This document shows, piece by piece, positions 46,997-56,962 of a stretch of DNA of 64,000 nucleotides. The notes beneath the pieces are model-generated. The model did not search any database, was not told the origin of the DNA, and saw only the letters and a list, made by a program, of their open reading frames with translations. The stretch lies in contig CBDFLE010000005.1 in assembly GCA_965248925.1 (NCBI GenBank), positions 672,001-736,000 of the forward strand, given 5' to 3'. This stretch comes from Candidatus Multivoradales bacterium. Its GTDB lineage: Bacteria > Acidobacteriota > Thermoanaerobaculia > Multivoradales > J023. The position numbers were made by a program, and so were the translations under genes. The number at the start of each line of letters is the position of its first letter. Within the stretch, counting starts at the first letter, position 1.

Positions 46997-47782
46997 ATGA
47001 CGAAGAATTCCAAACCACTGGCTGACCGAGTGGCTCTGGTTACTGGCGGCGGCTCGGGAATCGGCCGCGCCATCGCCTCCGCGCTGGCTGGCGCTGGCGC
47101 CGCCGTGGCGGTTGCCGGCCGGCGCTCCGAGCCCCTCGAAGAGTGGGTCGAGGAAATCCGCCAAGTAGGAGGCCGCGGTTTGGCGGTGGTTGGTGATGTT
47201 TCTCGTCCCCAAGAGGCGCAACGGCTGGTCGAGGAGGTGGTGAGCGAGTACGGAGGCTTACAGATCCTGGTGAACAATGCCGGCATAGCTCGGGGCGGCC
47301 CGATCGAGGAGATGAGCAGCGAGGATATTGAGGCGGTGATCGACATCGACCTCAAAGGGCCAATCTGGATGTTACGCGCGGCATTGCCGGAGTTGTCGCG
47401 CAAGCAGGCTTCGGGTGTCAGCTCAGTGATCAATATTTCGTCGTCAGTGACCTTGAATCCAGTGCCAAATTTCTCGGTCTATTCAGCCGCCAAAGCTGGT
47501 CTCGACATGCTAACTCGCTGTTTGGCCCGCGACTGGGCGTCAAGGGGCATCCGGGTTAATGCGATCAATCCCGGAGTCGTCAACACGCCGATTTTCTCGA
47601 CCATGATGCCGTCTGAGCAGATTGCTGGAATGCTGCGAGAGATCGGTCAGCAGACCCCTCTCAGTCGCATCGGTGAGCCGGCCGACGTGGCCCGTCTGGC
47701 GCTTTTCCTCGCCGGGCCGCAGAGCGAATGGATGACAGGCGCAGTGGTTCCACTCGACGGCGGCTTGAGCCTGGCCAGTTAG
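46997..47782 (+). CDS. Short-chain dehydrogenase/reductase
   Basis: 'VTGGGSGIG', 'NNAG', 'YSAAK', 'VNAINPG'. Confidence 0.95.
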   Translation: MTKNSKPLADRVALVTGGGSGIGRAIASALAGAGAAVAVAGRRSEPLEEWVEEIRQVGGRGLAVVGDVSRPQEAQRLVEEVVSEYGGLQILVNNAGIARGGPIEEMSSEDIEAVIDIDLKGPIWMLRAALPELSRKQASGVSSVINISSSVTLNPVPNFSVYSAAKAGLDMLTRCLARDWASRGIRVNAINPGVVNTPIFSTMMPSEQIAGMLREIGQQTPLSRIGEPADVARLALFLAGPQSEWMTGAVVPLDGGLSLAS

Positions 47783-47914
47783 AGCTAGACCCTTGACGCG
47801 GACTTGCGCGGCTTGGGAAGATTTTTTACCTGCCGTTTACCGCCTTTTTCGGATATCAGCCAGTCCCCTCCGTAGTCGAGAAGGAACAACCCGAAACTAG
47901 CGCAGGAGAACAAA

Positions 47915-49411
47915 GTGACCTCGACCCGACTCGCAAGTCCCGTTCGGTATCCGCCCTCCCTTTCGCTGACCCTCCTGGCGCTACTCGCTGCAGGGACGCT
48001 TGGTGCTGCACCGCCCGATCAAGCACCGGCGGTCGATTGGCCGCAGTTTCGCGGTCCTACGGTCGATGGGGTGGCCCGCCCAGGCAATCTTGAGAAAGGC
48101 AAAGTTGGGCTGGAGCTGAGTTGGAAACGTTCCTTAGGCTCCGGCTACTCCAGCATTTCGATCTCTGGCGATCACCTGGTGACCATGTTCACAGACGGCG
48201 AGACCGACTTTCTGGCCTCCTTCGATCCTGCTGACGGCAGCGAACGTTGGCGCTACGAAATCGCCGCCAAATACGTCGGCCACGATGGCTCCGACGATGG
48301 CCCCCTTTCCACTCCGGCCGTCCACCGGGGCAAGGTTTACGCTCTGGGTGCCATGGGGGAGCTGTTTGCGCTGCGGTTGGCTGACGGCGCCGAGATCTGG
48401 CGCCGTCAGCTGGGGGAGACCGAGGCAGCGGCGCCTTTCTATGGCTTTACCACCGCGCCGCTGGTGGCTGGAGAGCTGCTGATTGTCGAGACCGGGGGCG
48501 GCGCTGGCAAAGCGATCACCGCTCTGCACTTGGCCGACGGTAGAACCGCCTGGACTAGCGTCGAGGATTCGGTCAACTATCAGTCTCCCACTCTGCTGAG
48601 TTTGGCCGGCGTGCAGCAGTTGGTGGTGGCTACCGACCACCGGTTAATCGGCCTCGATGCCCCTTCCGGCAAAGAACTTTGGTCGTTAGAGCACAGCGAA
48701 AGTGAGGAAGCAGCCGGCTCAGGCTATCCGGTGGCCCTGGGTGGGGACCGGGTGCTGCTGGTGATCGACGGCGAGGCGATAGCGGTTCAAGTCAATCGGC
48801 ACGGCGGTCACTTCGAGGCCGAGGAGATTTGGCGCTCGAGCAACATCAAGCGCAATTTTGCGGTGCCGCTACTGATCGACGGCTACCTCTATGCTTTCAA
48901 CGGCCGTTTCTTGACCTGTGTCGACCCGGCCACCGGCAGTACAGTGTGGAAGTCTCGGCCACCAGGAGGGCGCGGCCTGATGGCCGTTGATGGCCACCTG
49001 GTGATCCTCGGCAACGAGGGCGACTTGGTTTTGGTTGAGGCCTCGCCGGAGGGCTACCGTGAAGCTGCTCGCCTGCCCCTCTTTGATGACCCAGGCTGGA
49101 CCGCGCCGAGCTTCGCCGCTGGCCAGATCTACGTTCGTAACCTGAGCGAGATGGCTGGCATTCGGATTACCGACTCACCGCCAGCGGCGCTGGATCCGTT
49201 GGCGGACCTCGATCTTCGCGGTTCCCTGGGCACGATGTTGGCGAGAGCGCTGCAGCTTCCAGCCAGCGAGCGTCAGTCTCTGGTCGACAGCTTCTTGATC
49301 CATCATGACGATGGATCGCTCATCGAAAGTGGCGGCTTGGCGCATTTTCTCTATCGTGGCGCCGCCAGCTCTTTGATCTTTGGCAGGGACTCACCCGAGG
49401 CACTCGCCTAG
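47915..49411 (+). CDS. Secreted PQQ-like/BamB-like beta-propeller protein
   Basis: Signal peptide, 'DWPQFRGP', repeated 'A.D..dG...W' blades. Confidence 0.85.
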   Translation: MTSTRLASPVRYPPSLSLTLLALLAAGTLGAAPPDQAPAVDWPQFRGPTVDGVARPGNLEKGKVGLELSWKRSLGSGYSSISISGDHLVTMFTDGETDFLASFDPADGSERWRYEIAAKYVGHDGSDDGPLSTPAVHRGKVYALGAMGELFALRLADGAEIWRRQLGETEAAAPFYGFTTAPLVAGELLIVETGGGAGKAITALHLADGRTAWTSVEDSVNYQSPTLLSLAGVQQLVVATDHRLIGLDAPSGKELWSLEHSESEEAAGSGYPVALGGDRVLLVIDGEAIAVQVNRHGGHFEAEEIWRSSNIKRNFAVPLLIDGYLYAFNGRFLTCVDPATGSTVWKSRPPGGRGLMAVDGHLVILGNEGDLVLVEASPEGYREAARLPLFDDPGWTAPSFAAGQIYVRNLSEMAGIRITDSPPAALDPLADLDLRGSLGTMLARALQLPASERQSLVDSFLIHHDDGSLIESGGLAHFLYRGAASSLIFGRDSPEALA

Positions 49412-49546
49412 AAAAGAGCCGCTCGCGGTCGCGGCTGAGCCAGCGACCGCGGCGGAACCTGGGATACAGAAATGGAATTCGATGGCTGAGCTGGATCTCT
49501 GACACGAAAAATAAATTTGCTGGCAGAGCAAATTTCAGGGAGGCGA

Positions 49547-50926
49547 CTAGCTGTCATCTGGCTCTAGCGCCTCAATGTGGCCGCTGAAGCGTATTCGAAT
49601 ACGGATTAGCAGCAAGACCGCCACCGACGCCAGAGCCAGGGTTAGTCCACGCCACAGCCCTTGCGGACCCTGGGCGAAGCGGAAGGCCAGTAGCACCGCT
49701 ATCGGCAAGCCCAGGGCCCAGTAGCCCAGCAGAGCGATGATCGCCGGTATCCGGGTGTCCGCTGCACCGCGCAAAACGCCAGCGCCGACCACCTGTAGGC
49801 CATCGAAGATTTGGAATAAGGCAGCGATCGGTAGCAGCAGGGCCGCCATCTCGATCACCTGCCGGTCCGGGGTGAACAACCGTGCTAGCGACGTTGGCGC
49901 GACCGTGAAGAGGACCGCCGAAATGGTCATCACGGCGCCACCCAATACCAAGCAGACCAGCGCGGCACGCCGGGCATCGGGCATCGAACCACGACCCACC
50001 GCATTACCCACCCGGGTGGCCGCCGCGCCGGCGATGCCCAAGGGGACCATGAAGGACAGCGAAGACAGGCTCATGGCTATCTGGTGTCCAGCAAGTTGCC
50101 GCGCTCCGATCTGGCCCATGATGATCGCCACGGCGACGAACAACCACATCTCCAACGAAATTTGAAAGGCCACCGGAACACCCAGGCGGAGCAAGCGAAA
50201 GTACGAGCGCGGGCGAAAACTGAAAGGCTCGGGCAAGCGCCAGAAGGGTCGTAGATGCCGACTGGCGAAGACCACGGTGGCCAACAAGAGTCCCCAGCGG
50301 GCTAACGAAGTCGCAAGCCCAGAGCCCAGCACGCCAAGAGCGGGGAAGCCGAAATGGCCGAAGACCAGGGCATAGTTAGCGATTACGTTGAAGAGGTTGG
50401 CCAAGACAATGGCCACGAATACCGGCCGCACCATGCTCATCGCCTGCAAAGTCTGACGGATAGTGACAAAGAGCAAGAAGGCCAGGGTGCCGGGGATCGA
50501 GGCGCGAACATACGCCGTTGCCTCGGTGATCAGCTCGGGTTGCTGCCGCAGAGCCTGCAAGATCGGCCGGATGTTCCACATTATGAAGGCCAATGGCAGA
50601 CTCAGCACCACCGCCATTACCAAGCCACGCTTGAGCACCCTGGTGACCCGGCGGCTCTCTCCCGCGCCATAGGCTTGGGCGACAATTGGGTCGAGGGCCA
50701 TCAGCAAGCCCATACCGAAACTCACCAGGCCAAAGCTGATGCCGTTGCCCAAGGCACCCGCGGCTAGGGCAGTTTCTGAAACCCGGCCGAGCATCATGGT
50801 GTCGACCGTACCCATCAGCATCATCGCTACCTGGATACCGGCCACCGGTGCCGCCAAGCGCAGCACCGCCACGATCTCCCGCCGCCATCCGGCCCGACTC
50901 TCGCTGTTAATCCTAGCCCCCCTCAT
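49547..50926 (-). CDS. MATE-family efflux transporter (NorM-like)
   Basis: 'VDTMMLGR', 'AQAYGA', 'FGHFGFPALG..G', 'LAGHQIA', 'FQIFDG.Q....GVLRG..DT'. Confidence 0.93.
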   Translation of the reverse strand: MRGARINSESRAGWRREIVAVLRLAAPVAGIQVAMMLMGTVDTMMLGRVSETALAAGALGNGISFGLVSFGMGLLMALDPIVAQAYGAGESRRVTRVLKRGLVMAVVLSLPLAFIMWNIRPILQALRQQPELITEATAYVRASIPGTLAFLLFVTIRQTLQAMSMVRPVFVAIVLANLFNVIANYALVFGHFGFPALGVLGSGLATSLARWGLLLATVVFASRHLRPFWRLPEPFSFRPRSYFRLLRLGVPVAFQISLEMWLFVAVAIIMGQIGARQLAGHQIAMSLSSLSFMVPLGIAGAAATRVGNAVGRGSMPDARRAALVCLVLGGAVMTISAVLFTVAPTSLARLFTPDRQVIEMAALLLPIAALFQIFDGLQVVGAGVLRGAADTRIPAIIALLGYWALGLPIAVLLAFRFAQGPQGLWRGLTLALASVAVLLLIRIRIRFSGHIEALEPDDS

Positions 50927-52887
50927 CGAGGCACGGTCAACTGACTAGTAGGCTTGCCATTCACCCAGGCGACAGCGGCGAGCACTACGACGCCAGCGCC
51001 ATGTCCCAGCCACCCTGAGCCGCCAGCCAAGGGCATGGCGATAAGTAGCGCCGAGAGCAAGAGCAACAGCCGCTGCCAGCCCCCTAGAGCCTGGACCAGA
51101 AAACCACTCACCGCCGCTGCAAGCGGCAACATGGCCAAGGCGGCGAAAGCAAATGCCGCGGCAATCTCCACCACCGGCGCGGTGTTGCCTTGATCGTTGA
51201 GCATCAGCAGTTGCGGCCGATAGACAAAGAGGAACGGCAGGGCAAAGCCGGCCAGGGAAAAACGAAATGCCGCCAAAGCAGTGCGCATGATGCTCGCCGA
51301 AGCGAGCGAGGCGGCGGTGTAGGCAGCCAATGCCACCGGCGGCGTCACCATTGACATGAGGCCAAAATAGAAAACAAATAAATGCGCTGCCAGCGGCACC
51401 ACCCCAAGCTGCCCCAAGGCCGGTCCAACCAACGTCGCCAGCAGCAAGTAGCACACCGCCGAGGGCAAACCCATGCCGAGCACAATCGAAGAGGCCATCA
51501 ACAACAGCAACGCCAGCAGCAGGTTTTCCTGCGCCAAGGGCAGCAGGGTAGTCGGTAATTTGGCGCCGACACCGGTCAGCGTTACGATGCCCAAGACCAC
51601 CCCCACGGAACCGGCGGCGGCCACCAACGCCACGCCGTTGCGCGCCGCTTTGACCATTGCGTCAATCGCCCGCCGCGGGGTGATCCGGGTCCGAGCCGAC
51701 AACTGACTGAGCACGATCACCGCCACTAGTGCCATGCTGACCGAGCGAAACACCGAGAATCGTTGCAACAGGAAGACCATCAGCGTGGCCAGACCGCCAC
51801 AGAAGATCAAACCCTCCAACCAACCGGGCGCGGGTTCCTTGTTCAGTTCCTCGACCGCCGCGGGGGCAGGAGTCGCCAGTGGCTCGCCATCCTTGTCGCC
51901 CTGGCGCTGCAACCGGCCGTGAAAGTGGACGATCAACAGCAACGACAAGTAGTAGAGAATCGCTGGCAGCAGCGCCGCCCGTAGAATCTGGGGATAAGTG
52001 ACCGCCGGCTCGACGATCTCCAACATCATGTAGGCACCGGCCCCCATCACCGGCGGTACCAGCGCGCCGCCAGAGCTGGCTGCGGCCTCCACCCCGGCGG
52101 CCACATGGGGCTTGAAACCCGACTGCCGCATCATTGGAATGGTGAAGGTGCCGGTGGTGGCGGTGTTGGCCACTGCGCTGCCGGACAGCGATCCCATCAG
52201 GCCGCTCGACAGCACCGAGACTTTGGCCGCGCCGGCAGTTGTACCGCCAAGCAGGCGAGCCGCGCCGTGAATGATGAAGCGAGTGGCGCCAGTGGCTTCC
52301 AGCACGGCGCCAAAGACGACAAAGAGAAAGACATAGGTGAACATCACCTTGAGAGCGGTGCCGAAAACCCCCGAACTCTGCAAAAACGTCTGCGCCACAA
52401 TCCGTTCCAGGCCATAACCACGGTGGGGGAACAACCAGCTGGGCAGATGGGGCCCGAGGGCGCCGTAGAGCAAGAAAATCATCGCCAGCAGAGGCAGGGC
52501 CCAGCCCACCGCGCGCCGCGCCGCCTCCAGCACCAGCAGTAAACCGAGCACGCCGATAACAATGTCGAGGGGCTGCTCGATGCCCGCCCGCTCACCCAGG
52601 CTCTGGCGCAGCAGCCAGCTGGCGGAAAACAGCGGCTCGGTCTGCACTACCACCCAGCCGCAGACCAGCGCGGTGGCGAGCACCAAGGCACCGTCGATCC
52701 AGCGCCCGAGGCGGGCTCCCGCCCATCCTGGTTCGAGGGGGAAACGCAGGAAGCAGATCGCCAGGCCGAAGAGGGTGAAGAGAGCCAGCTGCGACTGCGG
52801 CCGCAGATGGGGGTAGTTAACCTCGGCGAGGACGAAGAGCGTCAGGGCGATCGCCAGGCCGCGTTCTAGCCGCCCGGCAGCGGTCAT
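50923..52887 (-). CDS. TRAP transporter fused permease (4TM/12TM, TAXI-type)
   Basis: 'SGSAVAN..TTGTFTIPMM', 'EAAASSGG', 'LGMGLP', 'TPPVALAA'. Confidence 0.93.
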   Translation of the reverse strand: MTAAGRLERGLAIALTLFVLAEVNYPHLRPQSQLALFTLFGLAICFLRFPLEPGWAGARLGRWIDGALVLATALVCGWVVVQTEPLFSASWLLRQSLGERAGIEQPLDIVIGVLGLLLVLEAARRAVGWALPLLAMIFLLYGALGPHLPSWLFPHRGYGLERIVAQTFLQSSGVFGTALKVMFTYVFLFVVFGAVLEATGATRFIIHGAARLLGGTTAGAAKVSVLSSGLMGSLSGSAVANTATTGTFTIPMMRQSGFKPHVAAGVEAAASSGGALVPPVMGAGAYMMLEIVEPAVTYPQILRAALLPAILYYLSLLLIVHFHGRLQRQGDKDGEPLATPAPAAVEELNKEPAPGWLEGLIFCGGLATLMVFLLQRFSVFRSVSMALVAVIVLSQLSARTRITPRRAIDAMVKAARNGVALVAAAGSVGVVLGIVTLTGVGAKLPTTLLPLAQENLLLALLLLMASSIVLGMGLPSAVCYLLLATLVGPALGQLGVVPLAAHLFVFYFGLMSMVTPPVALAAYTAASLASASIMRTALAAFRFSLAGFALPFLFVYRPQLLMLNDQGNTAPVVEIAAAFAFAALAMLPLAAAVSGFLVQALGGWQRLLLLLSALLIAMPLAGGSGWLGHGAGVVVLAAVAWVNGKPTSQLTVPR

Positions 52888-53948
52888 GGGGTTGTGGCCG
52901 CCTCGTCGTCCGCCGGTTCGCTGCTCGCGTCGGCGGTGGTGTCCGGGTTTGGCCAGATGTCTATCTCACGATAGAAACGTTCTGCGCCGGGGTGGAATGG
53001 GGTGCCGGTATCTCGCACCACCACTTGAGCCTGGATGGCGCGGCCGGCCGGATGGCGTGCCACCACCTGGGCGCGGTTCTCATAAATCGCCTTGGTGAAA
53101 GCGTAGACCAGATCGTCACTGGCATCGGCGTGGGTAATCAGCTGCATCGAGCCGACGTTGAGGCCGAGGTAGTCTTCCTCCTGGCCTTTGTAAGTGCCGG
53201 CCGGAACCGTCGCCGGGGCAAAGAAGGGATAGTCCTCGACCAACTGCTGCCGGGCCGCCGGCTCGAAGGGCACAAAGCTGAGTTCCATCGAGGTCGCCGC
53301 CTGGGTGATCGAGGCGGTGGGGATGGCACCGCCGAGGAAGGCGGCATCGGCGCTGCGGTCGGCGAGCAAATCCACCGCCCCGGCCTGTGGCGCATTGAGC
53401 AAAGTGAAGTCATCCAGGCTGACGCCATGGGCTTGCAGCAGCGGGCCGACAAACAACTCGAACCCAGCGCCCGCCGGTCCCACCACCACCCGCCGTCCGG
53501 CCAGGTCGGCGTGGGAGGCGACGCCCGAGTCCGCGCGGGTGACGAAGAAGGCGACGTTGGGGGCCAGGGTCATCACCGAGCGGATTGCATACTGCTGATC
53601 CCAGCCCGCTTCGCCGCGCACCGCAAAATAAGAAATCGCGGCATTCGACAGGGCAAAGTCGAGCTCGCCATGGGCCAAACGTCGGATGTTCTCGCGCGAA
53701 CCCTTGGTCGATTCGGCGGTGATTTCCCAGGCTCCGTCGCTAGCAGCGGCGGCAACATCGGCTAGAGCACTGCCGACAACAAAGAATGCACCTCCGGGAG
53801 GGGCCGTGCCGAGACTCAAGAATCGAGGTGATGACGACTCTGCGGTAGCTTCAGAATCCACCCCGTCGCCAGTCCCACAGGCGGCTAGCAGAACGAGCAA
53901 GCAGAGGCTGGGGAAGAGTCGCGAACTGAGCTTCGTAGGATGGCGCAT
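52884..53948 (-). CDS. TAXI-family TRAP solute receptor (lipoprotein)
   Basis: Lipobox LAAC; 'GTAPPGG', 'STKGS.EN', 'PFHPGA.RFY'. Confidence 0.92.
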   Translation of the reverse strand: MRHPTKLSSRLFPSLCLLVLLAACGTGDGVDSEATAESSSPRFLSLGTAPPGGAFFVVGSALADVAAAASDGAWEITAESTKGSRENIRRLAHGELDFALSNAAISYFAVRGEAGWDQQYAIRSVMTLAPNVAFFVTRADSGVASHADLAGRRVVVGPAGAGFELFVGPLLQAHGVSLDDFTLLNAPQAGAVDLLADRSADAAFLGGAIPTASITQAATSMELSFVPFEPAARQQLVEDYPFFAPATVPAGTYKGQEEDYLGLNVGSMQLITHADASDDLVYAFTKAIYENRAQVVARHPAGRAIQAQVVVRDTGTPFHPGAERFYREIDIWPNPDTTADASSEPADDEAATTP

Positions 53949-54166
53949 TGGGGTCCCCTAGATGGCCCGGCAAGGCCACGGGCGGGCTGCGCGCAGCACC
54001 CGTTGCTGGGCAAGATTTGGCGGTGGCGTCGGCGGCCGATGCTAGCACGCCCCTGTACGCATCTCGGCAACCAAGGTTGCTCCCATCGGCAGGCTCTGCT
54101 CTCCTTCCCGCGGCAAGGTCGTCGCCTAGCGAAGGGGTTTTTTCCTCACCCTGCCCTGCTGCCGCC

Positions 54167-55642
54167 CTATTGCACTTGGTCGAGGGCGACGATGGTCCGC
54201 ACTTCGACCCCACGCCGTCCCTTGACCAGCACCTCGACCTGCCGCCGACCCAATCCAGCTGGGGGATCGTCGGTGTAGTAAGTGAGCACGTATTGATGGC
54301 GCAATTCGGCGCTAATCTGGGCAAAAGCGCGCTCTAGGCCCTCGCCGCTGCCCACCCTCAGCAGGCGTCCACCGGTGGGCTGAGTCAGCAGCTTCAGTTC
54401 CTGCAAGGCGGCCGAAAATGAAACTCCCCTCATACCGCCGCCGCCGGGCAACGCCACGACATAGACCGGAACCCCGAGCTTGCGGCCAAACTCCACCGCT
54501 CGCTTCGGGTCGGCGCGGCTGGAACTCTCGAAACCATCGGTCAGCACCACCAAGGCACGGCGGCCAGGCTGCTCGGCGAATTGCAGCATGGAATAGAGAA
54601 TCGAATCATAGAGGGCGGTCATCCCCTCACGGTTGGGGTGGATCGAAGCCAGCGCTTGGTGCAACTGCTCAAGATCACCGGTAAGACTCTGCACCAACCG
54701 CAATTCGGAGTCGAAGGAGACTACGAACGAGCGATCTCGCGGTCCCAGAGCACCGTCGAGAAAGACCTTGGCAGCGGCCTGGGTCTGTTGCCAGATGGGC
54801 ACCATGCTGCCCGAGGTATCGACCAGCAAGCCGAGCACCAAGGCGATGTCTTCGGCGGCGAATAGCCGGTCTATCTGCTGCGCTTTGCCGCGTTGTCGGA
54901 TTTCGAAATCGGCGAGCTGCAAATCAGTGACCGGCGGACCGTGCTTGGCGGTCACTAATGCTTGCAGTTGCACCAGGTTGACATCGATGCGCTCTCCGGG
55001 AGCGCCGCTAGCCAGCAGGTGAACGTCTTCCACCGTGCGACCGTCGACCAGTTCGAGTTCGAGACGAAGGAAGTCCTCGGGCTGCGGTTCGGTCAAGTCG
55101 AGGTGCAGCTCAAAGGGTTCTGCACGCACCGTACCGACCTGATCTTGGTTCACCCAGAAGCGTAATTCAGCCAAGTTGGCGTCGCGCGGGATCGACACCT
55201 TGGCGCTCACTCGCAGGCCATCAGTTAGCGTCTCCAAAGCAGCGACGCGCACCCGTAGAGGGGGGTCAAAACGGTTGACCACCAGGGTGTCCTGACCCAG
55301 GTCACGCCCCTCGGTGTTGAAAGCCTCGACCCGCACGGTTTGCTCGCGAGCTGGCACCGCGAAGGGAAGGCGGGCGGTCCAAGGGGGCCGCTTGCGCTGC
55401 GCCACCTCCTGCTCATCCAAATAGAAAACCAGCCGCGCGATCTCCGCGGTCAAGGTCAAGCTTTCAATCTCTGTCGGGCCTTCAGCGATTCCCTGCAACG
55501 GCGGCAGTAGGCGAATGCCAGCCGGCTCGGCAGTAGCTTCGGGATCGTCTTGGGCCGCCAGCGGCGCCGCCACGAAGAGCAAGCAGGTCAAGAAGCGGAA
55601 TAAGTAGGAAGCGCGGGGCAAAGGGAGGCGGTGTTGCAGCAT
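54167..55642 (-). CDS. Secreted VWA-domain protein (Acidobacterial type)
   Basis: 'DVNLVQL...VT...G.PV.DL...DF', MIDAS 'DTSGS', 'TALYD', 'LTDG', 'ELRHQYVL.Y'. Confidence 0.88.
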   Translation of the reverse strand: MLQHRLPLPRASYLFRFLTCLLFVAAPLAAQDDPEATAEPAGIRLLPPLQGIAEGPTEIESLTLTAEIARLVFYLDEQEVAQRKRPPWTARLPFAVPAREQTVRVEAFNTEGRDLGQDTLVVNRFDPPLRVRVAALETLTDGLRVSAKVSIPRDANLAELRFWVNQDQVGTVRAEPFELHLDLTEPQPEDFLRLELELVDGRTVEDVHLLASGAPGERIDVNLVQLQALVTAKHGPPVTDLQLADFEIRQRGKAQQIDRLFAAEDIALVLGLLVDTSGSMVPIWQQTQAAAKVFLDGALGPRDRSFVVSFDSELRLVQSLTGDLEQLHQALASIHPNREGMTALYDSILYSMLQFAEQPGRRALVVLTDGFESSSRADPKRAVEFGRKLGVPVYVVALPGGGGMRGVSFSAALQELKLLTQPTGGRLLRVGSGEGLERAFAQISAELRHQYVLTYYTDDPPAGLGRRQVEVLVKGRRGVEVRTIVALDQVQ

Positions 55643-55924
55643 GAGTTTGAGGTCCTTGTGGCGCTAATCGCCAGCGGGTGGGTGATAAGCCCTTGATCTC
55701 AGCAAGATACGGGCCAAGAAAGGAATCTGGCCTGGGGTCTGGTTCCCGGCGTTCGCCGCTCGGCTGCTGTCCCTGAGCTAGGACAAGGCGCCATCCAGCG
55801 CGGTCGCGGCTATACTGCCTGCATCAGGTAGCCAATGTGCTGTCGAGCTGAATGCCGGCAGCCACTCGTCACTGCTTGCCAGCAGCCGGCGTACCTCGGC
55901 GCGCCTGGCAAGGGAGCATAGGAC

Positions 55925-56962
55925 TTGGCCACGATCCGCCACCGACCGGAAGACTTTGTCGTCGAAGAACTGACCCTGGAGGAGCCCAGCGGCGACGGCC
56001 CGCACACTTGGCTGTGGATTGAGAAGCGGGGCCTCGACACCGCGGCCTGCATCCGCCTGTTAGCACGCTGGCGTGGGCTACCGCGGCGCGAGATAGGTTA
56101 CGCCGGGCGCAAGGACCGGCATGCCGTCACCCGACAGTGGTTGTCGCTGCCAGCGCTCGATCCGCAGCAAGCGCTGAGCTACGCCGGCGATGAGCGATTG
56201 CGGGTTCTGCGGGCGGTTCGCCACGCTTCAAAACTGCGCCTCGGTCAGTTGCTCGGCAACCGTTTTGTCTTGGTAGTGCGCGATGTCGATGCGGCCAGCT
56301 GTGATGTAGCAGGGAAGCAGCTGAGGCGGTTGGCCGCCGAGGGCATGGCCAATCGCTATGGTGAGCAACGCTTTGGGCGCGATGGGGCCAATGTCCGCCG
56401 TGGTGCCGAGATCTTACGCCAGATCAAGCTGCGAGGTGAACGGCGACACGCTTGGCTGATGGTCTCGGCTCTGCAATCAGCGGTTTTCAACGAAGTTCTG
56501 CGGCGGCGTCAGCAAGACGGCACTTGGAATCAGCTGCAAGCGGGGGATGTAGCCTATGTGCACGCCAGCGGTGAAGTTCTCGCTGTTGCGGACCCTGCTT
56601 CACTCGCCGCTCGCTGGTCGAACTTCGAGTTGAGCCCGAGCGGGCCGATCTTCGGCACCAAGATGAAGCGTCCCAGCGGCGCGGTGGCGGAACTCGAACA
56701 GCAGGTCATGACTGAATTCGATTTGCCCGAACCCCGCCGGCTGGTCGCTCCGCGCGGGCTGCGCCTCTTTGGCACCCGGCGACCGCTGCGGGTGCGGCCG
56801 ACAGCGGTGGATTGGCAGGCTGGCGACAGGCAGCTAGAACTACGTTTTGAGCTGCCTGCCGGCACCTATGCCACGGTCGTGCTGGACGAATTGTTCCCCG
56901 ACGGCGTCGAAGATGCCAGCCGCGGCTCGCTCTCGCCAGCGGCGCGAAATGCCGAGCGATAG
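55925..56962 (+). CDS. truD: tRNA pseudouridine(13) synthase
   Basis: 'PEDFVVEE', 'GYAGRKDRHAVTRQW', 'GNRF', 'NRYGEQRFG', 'F.LPAGTYAT'. Confidence 0.95.
   Translation: MATIRHRPEDFVVEELTLEEPSGDGPHTWLWIEKRGLDTAACIRLLARWRGLPRREIGYAGRKDRHAVTRQWLSLPALDPQQALSYAGDERLRVLRAVRHASKLRLGQLLGNRFVLVVRDVDAASCDVAGKQLRRLAAEGMANRYGEQRFGRDGANVRRGAEILRQIKLRGERRHAWLMVSALQSAVFNEVLRRRQQDGTWNQLQAGDVAYVHASGEVLAVADPASLAARWSNFELSPSGPIFGTKMKRPSGAVAELEQQVMTEFDLPEPRRLVAPRGLRLFGTRRPLRVRPTAVDWQAGDRQLELRFELPAGTYATVVLDELFPDGVEDASRGSLSPAARNAER

Noticed and set aside
56861-56870. GGCACCTATG inside truD as another RAYT motif
   Set aside because: It encodes the conserved GTYA of TruD, mismatches the core motif and has no hairpin.
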